From Eledone cirrhosa (lineage: Eukaryota): DNA of 64,000 bases. Below the pieces are notes generated by a model. The model worked only from the letters and a program-made list of their open reading frames with translations. It was not told the origin of the DNA and did not search any database. Shown here one piece after another: positions 14,229 to 28,876 of the stretch (the first letter of the stretch is position 1; every line of letters begins with the position of its first letter). The DNA is taken from positions 116,498,001 through 116,562,000 of the forward strand of contig OZ024745.1 of NCBI GenBank assembly GCA_964016885.1. The letters run 5' to 3'. Position numbers and translations under genes: made by a program.

Positions 14229-15527
14229 TAAACTCATGCTATGGACTGAGTGCTCTTACCCTTAGATATTTCCACAGAGAAATATATCACGTTCTAATTG
14301 AATCAATACATTGCTACGTTTAGCAACTACACTCTTTACATTTCCCAATACCTTGTATATTTTGAAGTGTAAAACTCTCACTTATTATAGTTGAGCTAAG
14401 CTAAGCTGTCATTATCGCTCGACTTTGAAACACAGTACTATAAATAATATTATTTATCTATTCATGTATGTTCATTGCCGAAAGTCTATCTATATATTCC
14501 CCAAACTGTCAATTCACCTATTTTTACTTGTCAGTCTATGAATGACATTATTGGCCTCCGAGTTGGTTCTGAAGAAAGTTGTTTTTCTCTTAGACTCTGA
14601 ATTTTACTGAATATGTAGGAGATATTTTATCATGCAAATGTGTAACAATGATATTTCTAATATCTGTTATTATCAACATTGTTAGCGTTATATCGAGACA
14701 TTTAATAAGTTAATGTTTACTTTCATTTTAATATTATATATTAGCAGACCTTTCTTAGTAAAAAAATATCCAAAATGAATATATTTCATTAATTTGACCC
14801 AATACCTTAGAATATATATTTTATGGAACATATATAAATGAGAAATAATAATTGAACCTAGGAAACTATTTGCGTTAGTCTTTCCATTGCTGATGCTATC
14901 TGCCAGTAGCAATGGAAGGGGCGTAAAATTCAATTAACTACTAAACAATACGAACCATGAGAAGACACTTGTATAGTAAATAGAATATCAATATAAAGTA
15001 TAGAAACATAACAATAAGAAAAGGAAATGTGTCCGATTGTAAATACGTGCATATAAAAGCGAATATGTGCTTCGTTTCAGAAAATACCTATTGAATGGCG
15101 AGTGTGTCCTGTTACGACAACTTGTAAATATATTCAACATAATAAATTAGAAGAATGTAAGGTATAAATTAAGACTCTTTATATATAGAAAATAAATCAA
15201 CCAAGTTACATAAATCAAATGAAAAAATGTCCAATATTTAGAATTATAGTTGTAAAGCCGGCTAGTAATTATTTGTATAAACTTGTTAACACATTCGGTC
15301 TCTTATGAAATATCAGCCTTGGACAAGTGGACGACAACAACTAATATAGACAATATGCTATACATTTGAACCCAGGGAAGACTTTATTGTCTTAACTCTG
15401 AAAAGTTCAAAATATTCTGTGTTAAATATTGTTTGGTATGAAAAAAGATATGGTCAAAGCGGATAACAGGCCAAGTATTTATAAGGATTGTATCCATTAT
15501 TAAAATGTTAAATGTTAAAATGTTAAA

Positions 15528-15721
15528 GGGCGGTGGATTGGCAGTATCAGTAGAAGGTCGGACGCCATGCTTTGCAGCATGGAGTTATGCCCCTTTACGG
15601 TCTGAGTTCAAATCCCGCCAAGGTTAACTTTGCCTTTCATCCTTATGGGGTCGATAAAATAAAGCACCAGTAATACACTGGGATAATTGCTGGCCTTGTG
15701 CCAAAAGTAGAGACAATTATT
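15528..15721 (+). mobile_element. SINE S1 copy with TSD
   Basis: Full length; TTAAAATGTTAAA on both sides. Confidence 0.93.
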
Positions 15722-16049
15722 AAAATGTTAAAATGTGATCATTCAGAGGCGACAGATCGTAAGAAAAACCTCGAATGTGTTTTAAATTTGTTAGCATGAT
15801 TATACTTAATTAATGATACATTTAAGTTAAATACGTTTATTGCAAACACAAATGTGTGCATAATCAAGTTCTATATATACATAAGAGAGGTACCCGGATG
15901 GCTGGAACAGGTAAAAGAGTAAAAGAGAACACAGCGACACCACGCACAATGGCACACCTCTACACAACTAAAAATCAAAGGTCACCTTGTTAACAATATC
16001 TATATTTACATGCCTTATCTTTCCAAATGTTCAAATTTAGCAAAAGTAA

Positions 16050-16400
16050 TTGTACTGATGTTTTATTTAGATGTGTATTAAAACTATATTGCAAGGTATC
16101 TCCCTTGAAATATGACCTTTCGAAGGTCACACAGTGATTCCAACGACTCCTTTTCTTTTTTTCTTTTTTTTTTTCATTGAACCTAGCAGTACCGGAAGTC
16201 GTTTCTGGTGTGTGCCCTTAGCTCGTCTGTTACAATTTGTTGTATGTTTTCCACAGTCCCGAAATGATGAGCCTTCAACTTAAATTTCAACTTAGGGAAC
16301 AGATTGAAATCACAGAACCAGATCTGTATGGATGATGTGAAAGAGTGGGAATCATTTTCTTCGCCAGAAATTCTCTAATGGAAAATGTTGTGCATAGATT
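16050..16400 (-). pseudogene. Mariner transposase C-terminal relic
   Basis: SIREFLAKKMIPTLSHHPY..DL..CDFNLFPKLKFKLKAHHFGTVENIQ...RWNHCV....SYFKGD matches the mariner HPPYSPDLAPCDF and YFEGD motifs; frameshifts and stops. Confidence 0.85.
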
Positions 16401-17017
16401 ACAGCACATGTTATACAATCATGTTTTATTCTGGACATTCCGGTTAATATTATAGTTTGAACGACTTTCTATCAAATACGAAATCAGTAATGCACTGGGT
16501 AATTGCTGTCCTTGTGCCTAAAGTAGAAACAATTATTAAAGTGATTTGTTACGTTCCACACCTATATTAGTATAACGTTAAGTTTAATTTCCTTTAGGTC
16601 AAACGCACTGTTCAAGGTGCAGGCTGATTTCTTATTAAGATTATCAGTGTCATAGGACAAGCAAGCAGATGCTGGTATTTCGAAATTAACACAGCCTCAG
16701 TAGGTGGGGTTATATAATGGGTAATAATATTTATCATATTAGTACATATTAGCAGCTTAGATATAATACAATATTATTGCAATGTGCCTAACGATTAATG
16801 AGTGCAATTATTTGTAATGGGAGTCACAAAATATGAGTAGGACTTATGAACTAAATGATATCTATATTTCTCTCTTTATATGGAGATATTATTTTAGAAC
16901 CCGTTTGCTTTAAGGCGACATTATAATAAGAAGCTGCGGTGGAAAAGGCTTTTTAATTAGTTACTCGAGTAACTAAGGACTCCTCGACGAAACAAAGGGA
17001 GAATCCATCATATACAT

Positions 17018-17800
<783 letters not shown>

Positions 17801-17801
17801 G

Positions 17802-18269
<468 letters not shown>

Positions 18270-18297
18270 ATCAAAAGACGGTTAAATGAGTTCCATG

Positions 18298-18368
18298 TAT
18301 TTTATTATGCGCATTTCAAAAACAAATATCATCATGCAATAACATTTGTGTTTTCATCAGATAAAATA
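18298..18368 (-). ncRNA. Type-I hammerhead ribozyme fold (family B type)
   Basis: TATTTTAT-CTGATGA-long stem II (AAACACAAATGTTA/TGATATTTGTTTTT)-GAAA-TGCGC-ATA-ATAAAATA: perfect 8-bp stem I, intact core, palindromic stem III ATGCGCAT. Confidence 0.8.
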
Positions 18369-18485
18369 GGAGGACATGATATGAAGGTTAAAAAACACTT
18401 GTGGGTAGTGCAGTTTTAAATCAACATATCATATATATATATATATATATATATATTGGAAAATGGAAAATATATATATATTGGA

Positions 18486-20706
18486 AAATACGGGAAGCGA
18501 TGTCTGACTGCACGAGGGGTAAATCGCCAGGGTTGGATGGTCTGCCCTACGAGCTTTATGCGTATATGCCAGACTTGTTCGGCGACTTCTTGGCAGATGT
18601 CTACTACAACTGGCAGCAGAACGGGAGCATTCCCAGTTTTGTGAGACGGGGAACGGTGGCGCTGCTGAGAAAAGACCCGAACAAGGGGGACTTCTAGACA
18701 ACTTCAGGCCCATAACTCTGCTAAACGCAGAGTTTAAGATTTTGGCCAAGGTCTTAGCAAAGAGATTGTCGCTTGTCGTCGGTGATCTGGTGGGAGAGGT
18801 GAAGACATGCGCCATTCCGGACAGATCAATACACGACAACCTCCATCTCATGCGATACATCATGGAGAGGGTGGTTAAGGAATCTGGCACCGGTGGGGCA
18901 CTGATCAACTTGGATCAATCTAAAGCATTTGATAGGGTTGAGCATCCATGCCTGGCTGAGGTCCTCGAGGCGGCCAGCTGCGGCCCCTGTTTCTAGGGTT
19001 GGATCGCTTCGATGCGCATCAACATCTGCTCGATTGTGAGGATAAATCGTCACCTGTCACAGCCTTTCAGCATCAGGCACTCGGTTCGCCAGGGTTTCAC
19101 CCTCTAGTCCCTCTTGTCCATACTGGCTCTCGAACCGTTACTGCACAAATTGGAGACGATGAAGGGCGTCCCTCGCGAACTGTGATGCGGGAGATCCGTG
19201 TCAGCTTACGCCGACGACGTCACCGTGATGGTGTCGAGCACTAAACACGTCCAGATGCTCGGCACCGCTCTCAAGGAATACGAAGCGGTGACAGGAGCAA
19301 AAATAAACCAGGAAAAGTCGCAGGGCTTGCAACTCGGCACCTGGAGAGACAAGTCCATGCCGTCCGACAGCGTTGTGGAGCGCTGGACGGAAGGACCGGT
19401 TAAATTTCTCGGAGTCTGGTTCGGTTCGGACCTCCAGATGGAGAAAAACTGGAGCCAAGTGACGAGCAGGGTGGCATCTCTCACCCAGAAATGGGCCGAG
19501 AGGAGGCTGTCTCTGAAAAGTCGAGCGGAGGTGGCGAATGTGCACATAGCGTCGGTCATCTGCTACCGCCTGACCGTCGTACCTTGCCCCCGCCCAACTC
19601 TGACCAAAATGGACCACCTTCTCTTCCACTTTTGGTGGAAGGGACGTGCTCCCATGGTAAGACGATCCATTTACTGTCAACCCCCGTTGCGTGGAGTAAT
19701 AGGCATGCCGTGGCTGATGATGCGCAAACATGCGCTGAGGTTGCGACATCTCTAGTGCTTAGTTGACGCTGAACAGCTGTGGTCACCGATTGCCAGGCGC
19801 GCTTTGCCCCAGCTCGTCTCCTTGACGGAGTTGCAGTCCCGGATCAGGAAAAGACGGAAGGATTGCGCTTGGAAGCTGGAATGTCTCCCAGCGCTCACCG
19901 CCCTCTACCAGCTGGGCACTAGTATCGGTGGAACTTCCACCTCGGCGTTCTATAGAGGGCTAGTGGAGGGAAAGAGCGACAACGTTCTCCGGGAGACCCT
20001 GGGCGTTGAAGACCATCAGCTGTTCGCTCTCTTCAAGAGAACTTTCAGACCGGGGCCTATGGACAACTTCCAGAAATCCCTGACCTGGCAGTGCTACCCG
20101 GGAGCGTTGCCGGTTCGGAATAAGCTCTACAGACACGGAGGAGCTGTCAGCCGAGCCTATCGGAGATGCGCGCAGGCCGACGAAACCGTCCTGCACGCAC
20201 TCGTTCAGTGCCCGAGCATTGCTGACTTCTGGAGCTATGTCGAACAGCTGCTGTCGCGTATAGGACGGATCCGGTTATCGACTGAGTGCATTGTGCAGAT
20301 AGCGCCGCCATCCCCCTTTAAAGAGGAGGAAGGGCAGGCAGTTTTCATCTGCCTGGTGGCCACGGCGAAAGAGATTGTGTGGTGGACAAGGTTGAAAGGG
20401 TTGAAGGCGGACACTTTCCTCTTCGGCCAATCCTCGATTAACTTTTTCAAGTTTCACTTGAAGAGGAAATTCTGGGTGGAGAGAGAAGTACTGTCTTCTA
20501 GTAAGTTTGTTGAAAGGGTGGCCGTGGTCTGTTTGTGTGGTTTTCACCACGAGTGACCCTCGGAGGTTTCCCCCTATTTGGGGAATTTCTAGCCCGATTT
20601 TGTTATAAAGGGTTTACACAACCAAAACCCACCTTGTGTCATCCTGAACTGTTCTGTGCCGTCTCTAAAGTTTTCTTCGTGTCAGCCCTTGTGGCTAATA
20701 AAGAAA
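18486..20706 (+). mobile_element. 5'-truncated L1/Tx1-clade LINE (ORF2 RT + C-terminal cysteine-rich domain), inactivated
   Basis: KSPGLDGLPYELY, NFRPITLLNAEFKILAK, LDQSKAFDRV, SAYADDVTV, RC...DETVLHALVQC; several stops; ends with AATAAA and (ATT)n. Confidence 0.92.
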
Positions 20707-20739
20707 CAATTATTATTATTATTATTATTATTAATATTA

Positions 20740-20924
20740 GGGCGGTGGATTGGCAGTATCGGTAGAGGGTCGAACGCAATGCTTTCCAGCATAGTTACGT
20801 CCCTTTACGATCTGAGTTCAAATCCCGCCGAGGTTGACATTGCCTTTCATCATTACGGGGTCGATAAAATAAAGTACCAGTAATGCACTGGATAATTGCT
20901 GGCCTTGTGCCTAAATTAAAAACA

Positions 20925-20965
<41 letters not shown>
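20740..20965 (+). mobile_element. SINE S1 copy with (ATT)n tail
   Basis: Full length, inserted in the LINE's ATT tail. Confidence 0.93.
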
Positions 20966-20968
<3 letters not shown>

Positions 20969-21105
20969 GTTAATATCTCTGTCATTGGTGTTACTTAATC
21001 GGAAAATATGCCCTGATGAACATCAAGCCACCACCAGTAGAGTCAGATATTCAGGACTGGTCCTTACTGTTCCCAGTAGCCATGTCGTTGGTGTAACGTT
21101 TGTTT

Positions 21106-21154
<49 letters not shown>

Positions 21155-22547
21155 CGTGTGTGGGGGGGGGGGGGTCCGTATGTGGAATTGTATATTTGAA
21201 TATTTCATTACTGCAATTTTATTCGTTCACCAATCATTTTTAGTCCCACTTATAATTATCTAGTTCGACACAAATAGAAAATACAATTCTTCAAAACTGG
21301 ATTCAATCAGCAATACATCCCAACCTGTTTGATCCAAAGTAATAATACTTTGTAATAAATATGACTTTTGTAACGTTATGTACTATAATCAAACAGCAAA
21401 GAGTATTTTAAATATTTATAAGTCACTCAGCTTTAGATCATTTCACTTCATTTGTTTAATTCCTTTGACTTATAATATTACCTAACATATAATGAAAGTG
21501 GGAAGATACATGCCATAGAACGTTCCCAAGAGACATTAGGTTAATCATCTCCATTTGAATTTTTAAAAGCAAATTTCTAGTAATATATTATAAATTTTAA
21601 TATAAAACTAGGAAGTGGCAATACTCTCTCTAATTAACGACGTGAATGCAGCATAATTTATTTCTATATGTGTAAAACGAAGTAATTGGTAAAGCAGAGT
21701 TCCCTAAAGTGATACCACTGATATCCGGGTTAATACAGGTCATGTAAAGATATTTCATTCTCAAATATCCAACCTCTATAAGTGTACAATTGTAAAGGAA
21801 AGATCAATGTAATGAACAGAGCGGCATTGCAAAATTGTAGTCCCGTGGTTAATTATTGGAAATGAAAACGGAAACTACTCCAATACAGCATCCGTTAAAT
21901 GATTACATACATATGAAATCTTGAAGTGGTGTTCCAACAACCGAATATGTTTCGGTACTGTTACTATTTCAATCATGTCTAGAATTCATTAATTTTGAAG
22001 ATGTCTCTTATAATATTTTGTTTTTCTCTATTTCATTCAATATAAATTGTCTTGAAATTATAAATAGAAGTTCACAGATATATTCAACAAAATATTGAAT
22101 TTTTTCAAAAGGTGAAAATTTCATGTTTGGAATTAAAATTTGTTTTCGCCTTAATAATAGCATCTGAAAATAGTTAAATAATTTTATAACAAAAAAAGTA
22201 TGAAAGGCATAGTTGAAAACCTAGATATTCTAATATTATGATGGAGAAAAATATTAACTCACCTTTAAAAACTGATTTACATAGAACATTAATTAAATTC
22301 TATAATTGAATATTTGTAATGTTTATAAAAATATTCCTTTAAAAATATTTTATTAAAATATTACAAACCATTAATTAAAATAACGAGCTCTATGACAATA
22401 ACCTTTTAAAAATTGGTGCTTTTCATCCAAATAAGGAATTGAACGAATTTATAAATTACTAATCCTTGAAATAAACATGTTAATTTAATGATCCTGTTTC
22501 TTCTGCTTCCTTCATATAACATTTTGGCAAATCAACTTTATAGAATA

Positions 22548-23876
22548 CTAGCAGAGGTACCCGGCGTTGCTCGGGTATTAAATAGCAGTTATGTATATAC
22601 TTCAGTGCTGCTTCGAAAATCCTTTTGCGTGACGTAGTAATTTCACCCCATACTAATAAATTATAATTTACTAAGTTTATCCAAATTCGACTATTTTTTT
22701 CTACTTGATGTTCTGAATTCATCATGTATTGATGATGAAAATGGTAAATGAAACATTGATTGTACTGTTTTTTCCATTATCTATTAAAGTTGCTGCTATT
22801 CATGAAGAGGCTATACGAATATAACTATTCATTTTATTGTTTGCTTGTAAAAGATTGATCACAAATGTTTTTCCAGTTCCACCTGGAGCATCTAAAAGGT
22901 ATAAAGTTTGTTCATTTTTATTGGTTATTGAATCATTGATTGTAGCGTATATAAATATCTGTTCTTCATTTAACAATGGTTTATTCACATCTACAAAGTT
23001 TCTCATTTCTAAGTGTTCAATTACTCTTTCAATATTGTTTTCTTCTAGTTCTTCATAAGTTTATTCAGGTTGTCCTATTTCAATCAAAGCCTTTTCTACT
23101 ATTTCACACAAAAGAGATTTAAGTGTGTGTAAAAGTTCAGTGTATAATATTTTTTCTTGTTGATTGTTTGTCAATCGATTTAGAATATCAACTGATATTG
23201 GTTGTTTAAATTCTTCATACAATACTTCAATGAATTAGAATTATTGCAAATAAGTATCTCACCTGGCATGGCAGTTTGGTAGAAACAGTTTCTCTAAGTG
23301 CTAGTTTTAGATGATTTTCATCTTCTAACAATCCCCTTGCCAAACATGCTTCTCTAAATATATTATAGACATAACCCTCGTATATTTTTACGTCTCTGGA
23401 GGAGTTTAGACCTCTAACTACGTTCAGGAATAATCTGAGACAATAGCATTCTGTTTGATTAGGTGGTACAGTGTAAATTCACGCATCTTTGCACAAATCT
23501 ATCATTCAACTTCTTTTCCATGTTTTATTGGAAGTAAGTGTATAATGAGATGGAATGTCCTTAAATGAGAAACTTCTTGCATATTCGTCAGTTTCGTTCA
23601 ATTAGAAGAAGGAAATTAAAGTTGTATTTTGGGGGTTTCTAATTTTGCTTTCAACATTATTGCTGGTGCAGTAGACTCTTTGGCCATTTTCTAAATATAT
23701 ATCCAATTGTTGAACAGCTGGGTAGTTCTTTAACGTAAGAAATCGATGCAGCAGTGTTCAAACAAACTTTACCACCGCCTTGCAATATTTTCTGTATTAT
23801 TCTGTATATGACATACACCCTATTATATTCATATTGGCAAGTTGTACTTTCTATCTCATTCGTCTCAATATATAGA
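22548..23876 (-). mobile_element. Helitron relic (RepHel fragment, internally deleted)
   Basis: Pif1-type Walker A LDAPGGTGKTF; upstream YCLRLFLNVVRG...FREACLARGLLEDE; 3' end hairpin CCCGAGCAACGCCGGG followed by CTAG at 22548; 5' boundary tentative. Confidence 0.85.
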
Positions 23877-24068
23877 ATAAGGACGTCGCCACCGCAAAAT
23901 GTGAGTTCAATTCGAGGGTTTGTGTTTCTCTTGGTGTTTGTGAGACAAACCCCAATAGATACACAAACCCTCGAACTCAATTTTACTCTTGAAAATGATA
24001 AGAACTGTGAAACCGGTAAAGTAAATAAATATTCTTAAAAGATTCCAGTTACATCTTCAATTTATTTT

Positions 24069-24411
<343 letters not shown>

Positions 24412-24810
24412 GTGAAAATAGGTAGAAAAAGACGATTATTAGGAAGAAAAATATACATAACTGTGAATTTCACAGTTAAACACAGCTTTAAATGTGCCTC
24501 TAAAAACCTAATCTATGTTTTGACCTGCTCAGGTTGTCAAGAGCACTACATAGGTCAGACAAAAAACAGCATCCGACAACGTATGACCGTCCATAGATCA
24601 CAAAAATCAAAATACAGGAATACAGAAAGATTGCTTTTAGTGAACATATCGCCAATTGTACACCTAACCAACATCCAAATTTTAAAATTTTCCCCATTTA
24701 CAAATTCATAGACAACACATCTTTCATCCATCGTACCAATAAGGAAACGTACTTCATTAACAAATTCCAACCTCTACTTAATGGACTAGACTTCGGACTA
24801 AACTAAAACT
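24412..24810 (+). mobile_element. Penelope-like element GIY-YIG fragment (Neptune-like)
   Basis: [37 protein letters not shown]...ETYFINKFQPLLN; frameshifted. Confidence 0.88.
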
Positions 24811-24859
24811 GGAACGAACAATGAACCAAAGCCCGATCCCTATGTTCTCTAAAGAATTA

Positions 24860-25945
24860 CCTCCCTCACACCATCCCGATGATCAAGGGAGTGAAGCAGG
24901 GTTGCGTCCTAGCACCTTCACATTCTTCTTCAGCATAATTCTCAAGCAAGCCACAGAAGATCTTGATGATAATGACAGAATCTGCATCAAATACAGTCTC
25001 GATGGTAGCCTGTTTTTATATTCGTCAACTACAGACCAACACGAAGACCATTGAGCAACTCATCTGAAACATCCTATTTGTCGACCATGCTGCTATTTTT
25101 ACCCCAAAGAAAGAGCCTTGCACTACATCACTTCCTGCTTTGCAGAGGCTGCCCACCATGTTGGGCTGGATTTCAGCTTAAAGAAGTCGGAGGTACTCCG
25201 CCAGCCTGCATCCCATAAAGAGTACGCCCTCTTCTTATTACCATTGGTGGGACTGAATTGAAAATGGTCTATCGGTCCACCTACCTCAGTTGCACCATCA
25301 AGTCAGATGCCCAAATACACAGGGACAACAGACTGGCAAAAGCGAAGAACAGTTCAATAATCCTTACTACTCTTCTACATGGCTCAGTGTTGTGGGTTAC
25401 ATATTTTCACTACCATCGACCCTTCGGACACTTCCATCAGCTCTGCATCCGCACCATCCATAACATTCAGTGGAGTTACTTTGTCACCAATGTTGAAGTT
25501 CATAAAAGGGCTGATGTCACCAACATCGAGGCCATGCTGCTCAAGTCCCAAATGCGCAAAGCAGAGCACGTCCCCAGGATGAAGGATCCTCACCAGCCTA
25601 TGTTCACACTGTACGGTGAACTCTTCACTGGCCATAGCGACAGGAAGTGATAAGAGAACTGTTTTAAACAAAACCTTGGTGCCATTCACATCGGTTATCG
25701 CCGATGGTCCACTCAAGTTCTGGAACGTGATACCTAGCATCTCACCATCAACCATGCTGTCTGCTCCGTCCAAAACACATTTGAGGATAACAGTCGCAGA
25801 GGGAAGAACCACAAGACCACGTCACCAAACCCTAACCAGATCTTCTACTGCAACCGCTGCTACCTGTCCCGCATTGGCCTCAACAGCCACAAGCGTTCCT
25901 GCGGTGAACGTGGACCACACCGTCTTAGTTTTCCTTCACGGCATG
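24860..25945 (+). mobile_element. RTE (BovB-like) LINE 3' relic
   Basis: GVKQGCVLAP, LDGSLF, FHQLCIRTIHNIQW...NIEAMLLKSQMR...LYGEL, terminal C..C...IGLNSH; degraded. Confidence 0.88.
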
Positions 25946-26052
<107 letters not shown>

Positions 26053-27249
26053 AATTTCATTTATGAATTTGTTTTGCAAGAAATCTGAAAACGTGTGTTG
26101 AAACAGATATTTTAATATTTTCATGTTGCAAATAAATGAATGAAATATGAAGGGAAAAGCAGGAGAATGCACGTAAGTTGTTTTAATTGTATGAAACATT
26201 TACACTTTCGATGAATGTAAGTGAAAATGGCAATAGGGTAGTAGGCAGAGTAATATTGTGACACATTTTTAGTGGCATAAAATTTGTGAATAAATTTTGT
26301 GAATAAATTTTGTTTACCTTTCTCCTTTTTCTTCGGTATTCCACTAATGTTGTTGTTGTTGATGTTGTGTTCAGTCATGCTGTTTGTAACAAATCCTTGT
26401 AAAATGAATTATGTATTTATGTATGTATTTATGTATGTATGTATGTATGTATGTATGTATATATGTATATTTGCTTTTTTGTCTGAACTAGTGAGTGTGA
26501 CTTTAGGTAGGTGTTGAAAAGTGAGTTAGAGACAGCAAAGTGTGTACGTATATTTCAAGAGATGTCCTTTAAAAATGTAATGTAAGTATAAATTATTTGA
26601 AAATGTAATGTAAGAGTTGAAAATATTTAGAAAAAAATAATGAATAATGGATTATTTGATAGCTGATTTCCAGTCTGAAATATGCCCCTGAAAGAAAACA
26701 TAAACTAGAAGTAACTTAGTTGCATAGAAACAATTGGTAGGTAGTTCAGCTATGTACTTGCAATAATATCTGAAATTATACAAAGATCCATTAAACAATA
26801 TCAAGAGGCTGACTGGTTACATGATAAATAAAGATAAAAATATTACTAAAATATTTTAAAATATTACTTATGGAAATAGAAAGCTGGGTGATGGACGTAA
26901 GTAAATCGGACACAATTTCAAATATGTATTGCAGCATATTAATAAAATGTGGGAAAGGAATGCACTGTTAGGAATGCATGTGAAAAAAGAATGCACCTTC
27001 GTTTTTTTAAGAAATCACGTTTGCACAGTTCCGAATTCAATGACTTTTATATTCCGTTGTCACTGATATTCTCAACGTCTCATCAAAGGTTCATATCTCT
27101 CATTCAAAATTTAACAAAGACACACTAATATTTTTATTTAGTTACAGTATCTAATATCTAGCATAATCAGGAAAAGTCTGGCTAAAAAGAATTTTAGACA
27201 TAATTCGTTCTAAAATAGTCAAAAGGTTAACGATTTGCAATCTCTGGCT

Positions 27250-27392
27250 AGTCAATTAAATCGACTAATATTTTGATATGTATATTAATTTATCGACTTC
27301 GGAGGCATGAAAAGCACAGTTGACCTTGGTGTGATTTAAAATCAGAACGTAAACAGAGACAAAAATACAACTCTAACAATTCTGCCAATCGA
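27250..27392 (-). mobile_element. Old diverged SINE (S1-related)
   Basis: TTTATCGACTTCGGAGGCATGAAAAGCACAGTTGACCTTGG...CTGCCAATC resembles the S1 core. Confidence 0.65.
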
Positions 27393-27623
27393 TTTTTAAT
27401 TATTTCACTACGACGGAGGCTTACAAATCACAATTAATGAAGGATTAAAACATTTATTCTTCTTTCTTTTTCCGGTAATTACTAAGGAGTCATAGACTCG
27501 TCGTGTTGGCATACGGCGTCTCTAGGACACGTTTTAAAACCTAGTGGAGCCCATCTACTCTCCAGGCCGGAATATTCCAGCAGATTCTTTCCAGAAAAGG
27601 ACATAAAGTGCGTGTGTGTGTGT

Positions 27624-27691
<68 letters not shown>

Positions 27692-27696
27692 GCGTG

Positions 27697-27748
<52 letters not shown>

Positions 27749-27996
27749 GGAGAGAGAGAGAGTGAGAGAGAGAGAGAGCTATAGGTAAAAAATCGACCTC
27801 GGTGCTTAACTGGTATTTTATCAACCTTTTGTATTGTCTTGTATTGTCTTGTAAGATGTAATGGGATTCTATACGGATTATTGCAAATCTTCGTATTACA
27901 CAGAAATACCAAGATAACTTAGAGCCCCCTCCCCTCTCGCTCTCTCTTGCTCTCTCTTTTTTTATTTCTCTCATATATATAATTGAATATATATTT

Positions 27997-28628
27997 ATAT
28001 AATTGAATATATGAGCGGGATGAACACCGATACAAGTATACATGTGTCCCAATTGCAAATGACCAAGTTAGCTAGGTTGAAAAAATACTAATTTAAAACA
28101 ATATGGTTTGCCTGTCTCGATTTAAAGTAATAACTCAATAAAAATAACAAACCTATATATGGGCAACCGCCGTTTGATACCCATACAGATCTAAATCTGT
28201 TTCGCAACAATTATTAAGTGAAAGCCACCATTCCCGTGCTCTTCTGCGGGTATCCAGGAAATTCGTACCTTTCACTTGAAAAAATCTAAGAAGACTGAAA
28301 TATGTGTTGCTAATCAGGAATGGTGGCTTTCACTTAATAATTGTTGCGAAACAGATTTAGATCTGTACGGGTATCAAACAGCGGTTACCCAATATAGGTT
28401 TGTTATTTTTATTGATTTATTACTATAATTTGAGACAGGCAAACCATATTGTTTTAAATTAGTATTTTTTCAACCTAGCTAACTTGGTCATTTGCAATTG
28501 GAACTCAGGTATACTTGTATCGGTGTTCATCCCTCACATATATTCAATTGTATTACACGGCTCGGAAAGATTCCCTTCCTTGAGCTATTTAATTGTAAAA
28601 GACTATTTTGAGTTTCTAACTGAATATA
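27997..28628. mobile_element. Inverted-repeat hammerhead-bearing element, family C (arms about 235 bp, spacer about 83 bp)
   Basis: About 27997-28234 is the near reverse complement of about 28318-28552; the right arm extends to 28628; diverged relative at 58950-59255. Confidence 0.8.
28176..28254 (-). ncRNA. Type-I hammerhead fold with one core substitution
   Basis: GATACCCG-CAGAAGA-GCA...TGC-GAAA-CAGAT ttag ATCT-GTA-TGGGTATC: 8-bp stem I, 6-bp stem III, GUA triplet; core CAGAAGA instead of CUGANGA. Confidence 0.7.
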
Positions 28629-28635
28629 TGATATG

Positions 28636-28678
<43 letters not shown>

Positions 28679-28811
28679 ATGTATATATGTATATATGCAT
28701 ATATATGTGTATATATATGTGTATATATATGTGTATATACATATATACACAAATGCATATGCATATATATATATATACACAAATATATATACATATATAC
28801 ACACACACACT

Positions 28812-28876
<65 letters not shown>

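Noticed and set aside
21010-21105. Lone CTGATGA motifs (also near 6438, 28930 and 37007)
   Set aside because: No matching GAAA, stem III or stem I could be found.
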